From Eledone cirrhosa (lineage: Eukaryota): 64,000 nt of DNA. Under the pieces are notes generated by a model. It was not told where the DNA came from and did no database searches. It saw only the letters and a list, made by a program, of their open reading frames with translations. Of this stretch, positions 52,596 to 62,654 are shown one piece after another; position 1 is the stretch's first letter; the number at the start of each line of letters is the position of its first letter. The translations under genes and the position numbers were made by a program. The DNA is taken from NCBI GenBank assembly GCA_964016885.1, contig OZ024740.1, forward strand, positions 248,001 to 312,000, read 5' to 3'.

Positions 52596-53867
52596 CAGGG
52601 TATAGACGATATTTGTTGGCAATTTTCAACTGCTAATTTTATGCAAATTTTTTTTACTTCCGTTGTCACTCTTGTCTTCATAAAAACAGTGACTATGTTT
52701 CCATTATTTATTTTCAGAATAATTGATTATGAATAATTTTGAACCTCCAAATTTGTGGAAGAGACACAGAGTTCTTGAAATCCGCACCGGGAGAACAAAT
52801 AAGGAAATTTCAGACTTTCTCAGTGTCAGCAGGAGAATGGTGGAAAAGGTCAGAAAGGAATTGTAAGATTCAGGATTCGACTACGAAGCAACATCAGAGA
52901 GGAAAACACATGATCGACGATCTGACGCCTTCAGAACGCCCAAGTTCGTCGCTGAAGTTCAGGATATCATCAACAATGAACCTAGCAAGTCGATGCGTGC
53001 CATTGCAAGGGAGAAAGGCGTGGATGAAAAGCTCATTAGGCTGGTGGTACATGAAGACATTCGCTACGTTTCATACAAGATGAGGAAAGGACAATTTCTG
53101 TCAAAGGCGATGCAAGAAAAGCAACTGAAGCACGTAAAGAAGCTGATCAACAAGTTGAAACACCTACTGGAGCCAGACATGCTGTGGTTTTTCTCCGACG
53201 AGAAAAACTTCTGCCAAGACCAGAAGATCAACTCCCAGAACAACAGGTGGCTCGCTGTCTCATCCAAAGACGTGCCCAGAGTCATGCAGACAAAGTTTCC
53301 ACCGACAACATTGGTCTTAGGTGTAGTCAAGGTGACGTCATGCCACCTCACTTCATCCCTGAGGGCCTCAAGCTGAAACCGATGGCTACATACGCGTTCT
53401 GAACAAGGTAGTAAAGCCCTGGATCGACCAGGTAGCTGCAGGTAGGCCGTATGTGTGGCAGCAAGACTCAGCGCCCTACAATACCAGCCGAAAGACCCAA
53501 ACCTGACTGTCAGAGAACTTTGTCGACCACACTTCACCTGACAGCAACCCTCTCGACTTCTTTGTGTGGGGCGCAGTGGAACGAGACACCAACAGATCTA
53601 ACTGCAAAACGAAAGACGATCTGAAGGCCAGGATCACAAGTGCCTTTAGGGGGCTAAGTCGGGAGACAGTGACGAAAGCCTGTAGCCGGTTCCGAGGCCG
53701 CCTTGAGGCCGTCATCAAAGCCAATGGCGGGTTTATCAAGTGAGATCGAAAGAACAAGTCATGAAGACAAACTGACCCAAGTTTGATAAATATATCTTAA
53801 AAATTAAAACTACTGTGTTATTTTTTCCTAGACAGTAATCTTGCGAACAAATATCGTCCGCACCCTG
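52596..53867 (+). mobile_element. Tc1/mariner DNA transposon, DD37D (maT)-like, copy 2
   Basis: TIRs CAGGGTATAGACGATATTTGTTGGCAA / TTGCGAACAAATATCGTCCGCACCCTG with TA flanks; same family as 45869-47107, inverted. Confidence 0.93.
52729..53743 (+). pseudogene. Transposase pseudogene
   Basis: ATG at 52729; WFFSDEKNF, WQQDSAP, SPDSNPLDFFVW, ...GGFIK* at 53743, with frameshifts and stops. Confidence 0.9.
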
Positions 53868-54776
53868 TATATATATTTCTTGGAGGAAATACAATCACGC
53901 TGCTGAAAATGACATTTTTGGATTCACTTGTGAAACCTTCATAGAAATGAAGTGTCAATTCCCAGTAGGCTGGCATTGAAAACAAGGTTTCTCATTTTGG
54001 TGGAAGAAGGGTTAACATAAAGAAGACAATGCAAGTGAGAGATGTCAATTGTTTAGTAATTAATCTAATTAATACATTACAGTGGTTTACCATGCTGGGA
54101 TAGGTTGGTCAAGTAGTTACAGCCCAAGTCAGATCTTTAAAGTTACTGCCCTCCTCAAAAGCTCTCACTGACTCTCTCATATATTCCAACATTGGCATAT
54201 TTTATGTCAGAATGCTGTTCTTGATATCCACCAGTTTATAGAGTGTACTGTATAGAGTCAGTGGTAGGAAACTCTGAAGAGAGCTGGACAGCAGCAGGTG
54301 TTCAGAGAAGAAAACCCCCTCAAAGGCCAGGTCACATCCAGGTTATGACTCCTGTACCCTCCTGCTGACAGTGTAGTACCAGCATTAGAGCGATCACTAT
54401 ACTCTTGAGAAAACTGAAGAGACCTCTTTTCTCACCAAACTTAAATATATTTACATGAGAAAAATGGATGCAGAAATATTGGTAAAAAGAATAAAGCTAA
54501 CACACAAACCAAGAATTATAAGACAATGATGGGAACGAAAGAGAGATTCTTAAAAGTAGCTGAAATGAAATAATTCCTTCATTGTCAAAGTAGTTTTCTC
54601 TCTACTTTTATTAACGAGCACTTCTGTTCTGTAGTTCACTGTTGTTTTAATTGCTATACACTTGAGACACTGAATTTAGATGATTAACAGAGCAATGAAG
54701 GCAGTTTCCTCTTCACAGAGAAATGATTTGAAAAAAAAAAAACAACTCCTACATATACATATATATATGTATATAT

Positions 54777-55128
54777 GGAGGCACATGGCTTAGTGGTTAG
54801 AGCATTGGCTTTGCAATCGAAAGGTTGTGAGTTCAATTCTCAGACCGGGTGATGTGTTGTTTCCTTGAGCAAGACACTTTATTTCACATTGCTCCAGTTT
54901 ACTCAGCTGTAGAAATGAGATGATAGGGACTGGGGTCCCTATCATTCCACTGCAAAGTGGTCGTGGAGGCGCCACGGCAAAAAAGCACCCAGCACTCACT
55001 GTAAATGAGGTTGGTGTTAAGAAGGGCATCCAGCTGTAGAAATCAAGCCAGCATCAATTCCCGTCCCACCCTTGCAAGCAGGCAAAAAGCGGACGTAAAA
55101 TGAAATGATGATGATGAATGATGATGAT
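54777..55128 (+). mobile_element. tRNA-derived SINE, family B, with RTE-derived tail
   Basis: GGAGGCACATGGCTTAGTGG (A box), GAGTTCAATTC (B box), core CCTTGAGCAAGACACTTT, tail homologous to 45229-45390, (GAT)n end. Confidence 0.9.
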
Positions 55129-55304
55129 ATACACACATACACAAACACACATATCCATACATATATACACACATACATACACACACACATCCATATATCA
55201 CATCATTTCTATGTTTGTTTTTCCATGATTGCATACGTCCGCTTTTCCCTGCTTGCAAGGATGTATGTATATATATAATATATATAAATATATTTTTAAT
55301 ATAT

Positions 55305-55752
55305 CATCATCGTTTAACGTTCATCTTCCACGCTTGCATGGGTTTGGATGGGAGTTTTCCCACTTGAGGCAAGAGTAGTTGCCTTGCTCGCATAGGACTG
55401 TCTGGCAGGTTTTCTACGGCTGGATGCCCTTCCTAACACCAACCACATTTACAGTGTGGACTGGGAGGTTTTTCCCGTGTTACCTACACGGCCACATTAC
55501 AGCGTGGACTGTGTGTTTTTTTGTCGTGACACCTACACGACCTCATTTGTTTCGGACTGGATGTTGTGGTACCAACATAACTTTACATTGAAAGGGGTGG
55601 TGTGGATGGGGTGGGGGTAGTGGGACGGGGGTGTATTTTTGTTAGAGGTGCCTACTGACTGTAGTAGGTTTCACTTTGTACTTAGGTAAGGCAGGTCTTC
55701 TGTATTACTGTGTAGCGCCAAAGATCTCAGTCGAGTGACATTGTCTTGGAGA

Positions 55753-55753
<1 letters not shown>
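55305..55753 (-). mobile_element. RTE family 1 3' fragment
   Basis: Closely matches 43150-43640; flanked by AATATAT on both sides. Confidence 0.92.
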
Positions 55754-55791
<38 letters not shown>

Positions 55792-55800
55792 CAAGCACAA

Positions 55801-56129
55801 AGGGTAAAGACCCCCTTCAGTCATGAATGACTACGGAATTTGCACCTAGAAATTTCCCCTCCGAGGCAAGGTTGTTTGTTGAAGATTAGCAATCACCCAT
55901 GCATACCAGTCTCCCCTCTCCACGCCACTGATGTTGTCCAAGAGAAAGGTAATGGCTGATACAGCTTAGCACCAGCGACATTGCAAGTCATTTCTACAGC
56001 TGAGTGAACTGGAGCAACGTGAAACAAAGTGTCTTGCTGAAGAACACAATGCAAAGCCCGGTGCGAGAATCAAACTCACAACTTCGCGATTGTAAGCACA
56101 ATGTTCTAACCACTAAGCTATAGGCCTTC
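55801..56129 (-). mobile_element. tRNA-derived SINE, family C (family B head and core, different tail)
   Basis: 55989-56129 matches the family B head and core; 55801-55988 is unrelated to the family B tail. Confidence 0.8.
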
Positions 56130-56187
56130 ATATATATATATACAAATGAATTTATATTGATATACAAAATATCGATTTGCTGCACCA

Positions 56188-56242
56188 ATCCGTCGAACCC
56201 ATGCTAGCGTGGAAAAATGGACTTTAAACGATGATGATGATA
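56188..56242 (+). mobile_element. Very short RTE 3'-terminal stub
   Basis: CCGTCGAACCCATGCTAGCGTGGAAAAATGGACTTTAAAC(GAT)4 followed by (TA)n. Confidence 0.75.
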
Positions 56243-56281
56243 TATATATATACACATATGTATAGATTCATGTAAATAATT

Positions 56282-56457
56282 GTTTCTACTTTAGGCACAA
56301 GGCCAGCAATTATCCCAGTGTATTACTGGTACTTTATTTTATCGACCCCGTAAGGACGAAAGGCAAAGTTAACCTCGGCAGGATTTGAACTCAGACCACA
56401 AAGGGCTGTAACTATGCTGCAAAGCATGGCGTCCGACCCTCTACCGATACTGCCAAT
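56282..56457 (-). mobile_element. tRNA-derived SINE, family A
   Basis: Reverse complement aligns to 38897-39097, with an internal deletion near the tail. Confidence 0.85.
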
Positions 56458-56729
56458 GTAAATAATGTGTGCGTGTGTGTATAAACCTTTCTAAAAAACT
56501 TTTTTTAAAAATGAGATTTTAAAAAGGTTCATTCAAGAGGTTCTTTTGTTTTCTTTACTTTCAAAAGGGATCAAGTCCCTGGTCTACATTTATGAAAGTC
56601 ATTGAATCATTGTAACCCATTTGCAGGTGTGCTGGCCCGCAGATGGGTAAAAAGAAAATCCACAGGGAGTGACGGACCCCGAGCTGTTATTACAGTATCT
56701 TTCTAAAAGTGGGAAACTGAAATAAAACC

Positions 56730-58733
56730 TGTGGTTGATGTGACCACTGGTCATCTAGGGGTGTTGGTGGTAGTCTTGTGGTTGATGTGACCACTGTTCA
56801 CCTGGTTTAGGTTTGTCACCAGACCGAGAGAGGGGTGCTGGTGGTAGTCTTGTGGTTGATGTGACCACTGGTCATCTGGTTTAGGTTTGTCACCAGACCG
56901 AGAGGGGGGTGCTGGTGGTAGTCTTGTGGTTGATGTGACCACTGGTCACCTGGTTTAGGTTTGTCACCAGACCAAGAGAGGGGTGCTGGTGGTAGTCTTG
57001 TGGTTGATGTGACCACTGGTCATCTGTCTTAGGTTTGTCACCAGACCGAGAGGGGTGCTGGTGGTAGTCTTGTGGTTGATGTGACCACTGGTCATCTGGT
57101 TTAAGTTTGTCACCAGACCGAGAGGGGTGCTGGTGGTAGTCTTGTGGTTGATGTGACCACTAGTCACCTGGTTTAAGTTTGTCACCAGACCGAGAGGGGT
57201 GCTGGTGGTAGTCTTGTGGTTGATGTGACCACTGGTCATCTGGTTTAAGTTTGTCACCAGACCGAGAGGGGTGCTGGTGGTAGTCTTGTGGTTGATGTGA
57301 TCACTGGTCATCTGGTTTAGGTTTGTCATCAGACCGAGAGGGGTGCTGGTGGTAGTCTTGTGGTTGATGTGACCACTGGTCATCTGGTTTAAGTTTGTCA
57401 CCAGACCAAGAGAGGGGTGTTGGTGGTAGTCTTGTGGTTGATGTGACCACTGGTCATCTGGTTTAAGTTTGTCACCAGACCAAGAGAGGGGTGCTGGTGG
57501 TAGTCTTGTGGTTGATGTGACCACTGGTCATCTGGTTTAGGCTTCTCACCAGACAGAGAGAGGGGTGCTGGTGGTAGTCTTGTGGTTGATGTGACCTATG
57601 GTCACCTGGTTTAGGTTTGTCATCAGACCGAGAGGGGTGCTGGTGGTAGTCTTGTGGTTGATGTGACCACTGGTCATCTGGTTTAGGTTTGTCACCAGAC
57701 TGAGAGAGGGGTGCTGGTGGTAGTCTTGTGGTTGATGTGACCTATGGTCATCTGGTTTAGGTTTGTCACCAGACTGAGAAAGGGGTGCTGGTGGTAGTCT
57801 TGTGGTTGATGTGACCTATGGTCATCTGGTTTAGGTTTGTCACCAGACAGAGAGAGGGGTGCTGGTGGTAGTCTTGTGGTTGATGTGACCACTGGTCATC
57901 TGGTTTAGGCTTGTCACCAGACTGAGAAAGGGGTGCTGGTGGTAGTCTTGTGGTTGATGTGACCTATGGTCATCTGGTTTAGGTTTGTCATCAGACCGAG
58001 AGGGGTGTTGGTGGTAGTCTTGTGGTTGATGTGACCACTGGTCACCTGGTTTAGGTTTGCCACCAGACCAAGAGAGAGGTGCTGGTGGTAGTCTTGTGGT
58101 TGATGTGACCACTGGTCATCTGGTTTAAGTTTGTCACCAGACCAAGAGAGGGGTGCTGGTGGTAGTCTTGTGGTTGATGTGACCACTGGTCATCTGGTTT
58201 AGGTTTGTCACCAGACCAAGAGAGGGGTGCTGGTGGTAGTCTTGTGATTGATGTGATCACTGGTCATCTGGTTTAAGTTTGTCCCCAGACCAAGAGAGGG
58301 GTGCTGGTGGTAGTCTTGTGGTTGATGTGACCACTGGTCATCTGGTTTAGGTTTGTCACCAGACTGAGAGAGGGGTGCTGGTGGTAGTCTTGTGGTTGAT
58401 GTGACCACTGGTCATCTGGTTTAGGTTTGTCACCAGACCAAGAGAGGGGTGCTGGTGGTAGTCTTGTGATTGATGTGATCACTGGTCATCTGGTTTAGGT
58501 TTGTCACCAGACCAAGAGAGGGGTGCTGGTGGTAGTCTTGTGGTTGATGTGACCACTGGTCATCTGGTTTAGGTTTGTCACCAGACTGAGAGAGGGGTGC
58601 TGGTGGTAGTCTTGTGGTTGATGTGACCACTGGTCATCTGGTTTAGGTTTGTCACCAGACCAAGAGAGGGGTGCTGGTGGTAGTCTTGTGATTGATGTGA
58701 CCACTGGTCATCTGGTTTAGGTTTGTCACCAGA
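56730..58733. repeat. 72/74-bp minisatellite, about 27 copies
   Basis: Unit GTGGTTGATGTGACCACTGGTCATCTGGTTTAGGTTTGTCACCAGACCAAGAGAGGGGTGCTGGTGGTAGTCTT; first unit internally deleted. Confidence 0.97.
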
Positions 58734-59154
58734 CAATCACTAAAAAGAGTGGTGCTCGTGTATTACAAGCGTTTGCCACTATAATCCAATGATGTCTCTT
58801 TTGTGATCTTTTCATTTTTACAGCTGAAAGTCGTATGACGCTGGAGGAGTGGAGACATGTGCAGACCTGACCAGTTGGAAGATTATAGTTGCAAATCTAC
58901 ACATAGCCGGCAGGGGTCTTATTACATCGTTGTTATATCTTCCTGGGACAGGGGCTAACTCCGGTGGAGACGCCTGTGTTTGAGCAATCCTATCAGTGAG
59001 AGCAATACAAGTTACACTATTGACTAATCAAGCTGGCATTGGAAATACAGAGGACCATAATTAATGTAAATCAATTTTGCCCCTTCCACTTCACAAATTG
59101 AATATTTACACACACACACACATATATATATACATATACACATACATACTTCTG

Positions 59155-59421
59155 GCCACACCATCCTTACTTTGTAAAGTTATGTTGGTATCAAAAGCAC
59201 CCAGTACATATTGTAAAGTGGTTGTGTAGAAGACCTGGCAAAAAGCACCCAGTACACACTTAAATGCGGTTGCTGTTAGAAAGGGCATCCAGTCACAGAA
59301 AACAGTCAGAAACAGACCTATATGGTCGAGACACGGCCACCCAACCCAACTTGCCTCTAAATGGGACAAATCCGTCTAAGCCATGCTAGCATGGAAAATA
59401 GACCTTAAACGATGATGATGA

Positions 59422-59425
<4 letters not shown>
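59155..59425 (+). mobile_element. Old RTE-type 3' UTR fragment
   Basis: TGTAAAGTTATGTTGG, AAAAAGCACCCAG, AGAAAGGGCATCCAG, CCATGCTAGCATGG, TTAAAC(GAT)n then (TA)n. Confidence 0.8.
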
Positions 59426-59468
<43 letters not shown>

Positions 59469-59599
59469 CACACACACACACATACATAAATATATATACT
59501 ATATATACACACACATATAGATACACATCATCATATATAGAATCACCTGAACCATCCCCTGATTCCACCAGACAAAGAACTGATTTTTATCTAAACCAG

Positions 59600-59723
59600 T
59601 TCCATTATCATGGATACCTCCCTACTCACCACCTTCGGCATGGGGTTGGCTAGCCGCAGTTGTGAGCCTTGCGAGCTGGAATGGCTCTTTCAAAGTGTCT
59701 CCCTCACCAATCTCCATGAATGA
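59600..59723 (+). CDS. Candidate coding exon of an unidentified host gene (weak)
   Basis: Non-repetitive GC-richer island after ..TTTTTATCTAAACCAG; one frame reads SIIMDTSLLTTFGMGLASRSCEPCELEWLFQSVSLTNLHE*. A GTGAGT donor on the minus strand makes the strand ambiguous. No homologue recognised. Confidence 0.2.
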
Positions 59724-60292
59724 CCTTCTCTATTCTGTCCACCGGGGCTGCAGGGCAGCCAACATGTGCCCCCCACCCCCCATTTGCTTATCATAGAGAG
59801 AGATGGAGGCAGTGAGTGAAAGAGAGAGAACATCAACACTAAATACTTATCCACTAACTTGAGACAATCCTCCTCTTCTCTCCTATTCAATCAATACAGT
59901 TCTATTAACTGTCTCAGAGTCTCATGTTACATATGAACATTTGTTAAATTTGATTCCCAGCACCAGAATAATGATGAAACAGTGTTAAATCTCTTCACAC
60001 TCTTGATTATTTTCGAAATGATTTGAAAATCAAAGACAGTGTCTTTTATTAGGAATATGGTAAGGAGAAGGTTAAAAAGATTGGACAGTTTGGCTTACTA
60101 TCCCTTACAAATTCCTAACTTTATGTTAGAAATAAATATTTGTATTGATTTTATTGAATTATGAAGAGTAAGAGAAACTCTTTCAAGTTGTGACAGTGTG
60201 GCAGTTTCAGTTCTTAGGTTACTGCCAATTCTCTTGAGAAAGGCATGAAGGTTACAACATCACATTTTTATATTCTCCTGAAAATAGTTTAA

Positions 60293-60470
60293 CTCTTTAG
60301 CATTTACATTACTCTATATTTACTATTGCATTTTCACAATAAACACATTATTTCACATAATTATCTCACATAATATCGAATCGATGAGATTTTGATATTT
60401 ATTTTGAGAACAATACCATAATGTCAGTATGAGAGGCTGGTTGCTGCTGATTACAGCTGGTTTGCACCGG
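60293..60470 (-). mobile_element. Inverted partial copy of the 41.8 kb piggyBac-type MITE, with a single un-amplified internal unit
   Basis: TTAA-CTCTTTAGCATTTACATTACTCTATA..TTTTCACA..TCTCACATAAT..GAGATTTTGAT..TTTTGAGAACAATACC matches the reverse complement of the 41.8-42.56 kb element. Confidence 0.75.
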
Positions 60471-60664
60471 CCTAACGAGCCTTCTGGCTTAGACTTTGGA
60501 TTTGGACCTGGTTCTTGGATGTCTTTAGTGGAGACTACTCAGCTGCAAATACCCAGGCCTGGTCTTCAGCTCCAAGATACTTTTCTTCTACTAGTTTTAG
60601 ATGGCCCTGGAAACTGTCATGGTCACTGATTTCCTACCTGACCGAATAAAAAATACCTTACTAC

Positions 60665-60983
60665 AATATGGAATGTGATATATGTAAGAAGGCTAAAACA
60701 AAATGGACGGTAAGATGAAGTTAACAAAAAAGTTAGTTACCTGCTGATTTTTTTTTTTTGTTTCTTTTGTCATATTTTGAGACTTAAACTTAAAATTCCC
60801 TTCATCGGAGTATAAGGAACTCCGAGAGAAAAAACGTTCCGGTCTATTCACTAAATATTACGACAAAAGAAACAAAAAAAAAAAAACAACAAAGATTAGC
60901 AGGTAACTAACGTTTTCATTGTCTTCATCTTACCGTTCATGTTACATTGTTTTAGCCTTATTACATATATCACTTTCCTCATT
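60665..60983. mobile_element. Foldback element / MITE with about 110-bp inverted arms
   Basis: GTGATATATGTAAGAAGGCTAAAACAA..ACGGTAAGATGAAG..GTTAGTTACCTGCT..TTGTTTCTTTTGTC is mirrored at 60862-60983. Confidence 0.8.
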
Positions 60984-62525
60984 ATATATTATATACAATA
61001 CTTCAAGCAAACTACATTCTATTATACCTAACTATATTTACATCTATCTCCCTATACACAAAATTCAAATTCAGCCAGTGTCAACTTTATTTTTCATCCC
61101 TCAGCTGCCAGTTTAATATTTTAGCTACCTCCCCTTCAAAAGTCTGGCCATGTACCAATTCAAGGATCAATAGTGGTATTGATAATCTTAAATCAATACA
61201 AAAGAAACAGAAACAAAAATCAAAGGAAAAAAAATGGAAATCAATGTCTCTCTATTGATTTCTGGTTTCCACCAGTATTGTGTGGGCGTTTATATTTTTA
61301 GTTGATGAATTGAAGAACAGCTAGAAACTGTGATATAATTTAAGGATATTAGGTCTGGTTCAGTGAGATTTCAAGCAGCACAACAACCAGAATATATCAC
61401 AGAACATAACATAGTGTTAAAAATACGAGTTGAATCACTGACTTTTTTTGTTGGTCAACTGATCTCTCTCTCACATATTCATCTGGACATCAATATATCT
61501 TCTTGTTTTTAACTTTTCTTAATAAAACTATACCTAACATTTAGGTAAATTTTCCTTTTCATCTTTTGGGGAGTGATAAAATAAAGTAACAGTCCACAGC
61601 TGTGGACTGTATTGATAGTGTTGGATGAGATGTTTTGCTGTATTTGTTCCACCATTTTGTATCCTGAGATTAAATTCTACCTAGGGACACAAATTTCAGG
61701 GCCAATCCCCCAATTGCAGGACTACAACTGATTATGAAAGTTGATGCAAAAACGATAACGATGATGATAATTTGATAGGATTCTTTTTCTTCTTCGTACA
61801 CTTATCCCCAAGCGAGACCAGCCAAGCTCATGGATGTTATCGAACCATCTTGCTTGGGGTCTATTCTTGGGTATCCTGCCAATTGGTTTTGCCCGTAAAA
61901 TCTTTTCGGGATTCTTACCTTTAAAAATTAAAATTTTGAAGTAGCAAGTAGCCCAAAGTAAAAAGTAATAACAGTATTATGTATGTGTTGTTGAAAAGTA
62001 GCATAATTTGCTATTTGTATAGTAATTTGGCAATTGCAGTTAATAGGGCAGGTGCCTCTTTCATATAGAGATTGTGAGAGAGACACAGAGAGAGGGACAG
62101 AGAGAATAAGAGAGGGAGAAAGTAAAAACTCTTCTATGATGAAAAAAATAAAAAATACAACTCCAACAGATGGTAGGGTTGATATAAGTAGACTAACCAA
62201 TTAGTTATAATAATCTTTCTTTTAACACACAGTGTTGAGTCTGCTTAAATTACAAAAAATGAATGAGGCAACCATCATGTCCCAGACGATATGATCACTG
62301 TTTCTACAATGATGATGATGTCCCAGAAGACATGTCCCCAATATTTGGTCCTGGTGGACACAGCAATAAATGATAATTACTGCACTTGTTACATCTTTTA
62401 TTTACTGTTAAGGGCTTTGTTGTGGAAGTTCTTGAGAGAACCACATGTGGCAGATTTGGTGATTTGATGGAGTGGGGTGGGGCAAGATGACGCGTGTTCT
62501 TTTTTTAAAGATATATTTACATTAA

Positions 62526-62650
62526 GCCTTTAGCATTTAAACTAGCCATATCTGGCCAGAATTCTCTCACCTCTTTTTGTTTAACCGGCCGCTCATACTG
62601 ACATTAAGGTATTATTATCAAAACAAATAACATCAAAATCTCGTAGATTC
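62526..62650 (+). mobile_element. Left end of another piggyBac-type MITE copy, interrupted by the CR1 tail
   Basis: TTAA-GCCTTTAGCATTTAAAC..GGCCAGAATTCTCTCACCTCTT..TAACATCAAAATCT aligns to 41817-41946. Confidence 0.8.
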
Positions 62651-62654
62651 GATA

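Noticed and set aside
54270-54320. Hammerhead at CTGAAGA...GAAA
   Set aside because: Stem II does not abut the core, and there is no UH site or stem I.
54777-54850. tRNA gene
   Set aside because: A/B boxes are present but no convincing cloverleaf; it continues into a repeated SINE body. The same applies to the other SINE heads.
56730-58733. CRISPR array or coding repeat
   Set aside because: The whole unit repeats with no unique spacers; 74-bp units shift frame and give short redundant ORFs.
58824-58960. Selenocysteine read-through of TGA in LKVV*RWRSG
   Set aside because: No redox motif or SECIS recognised, and the exon itself is unproven.
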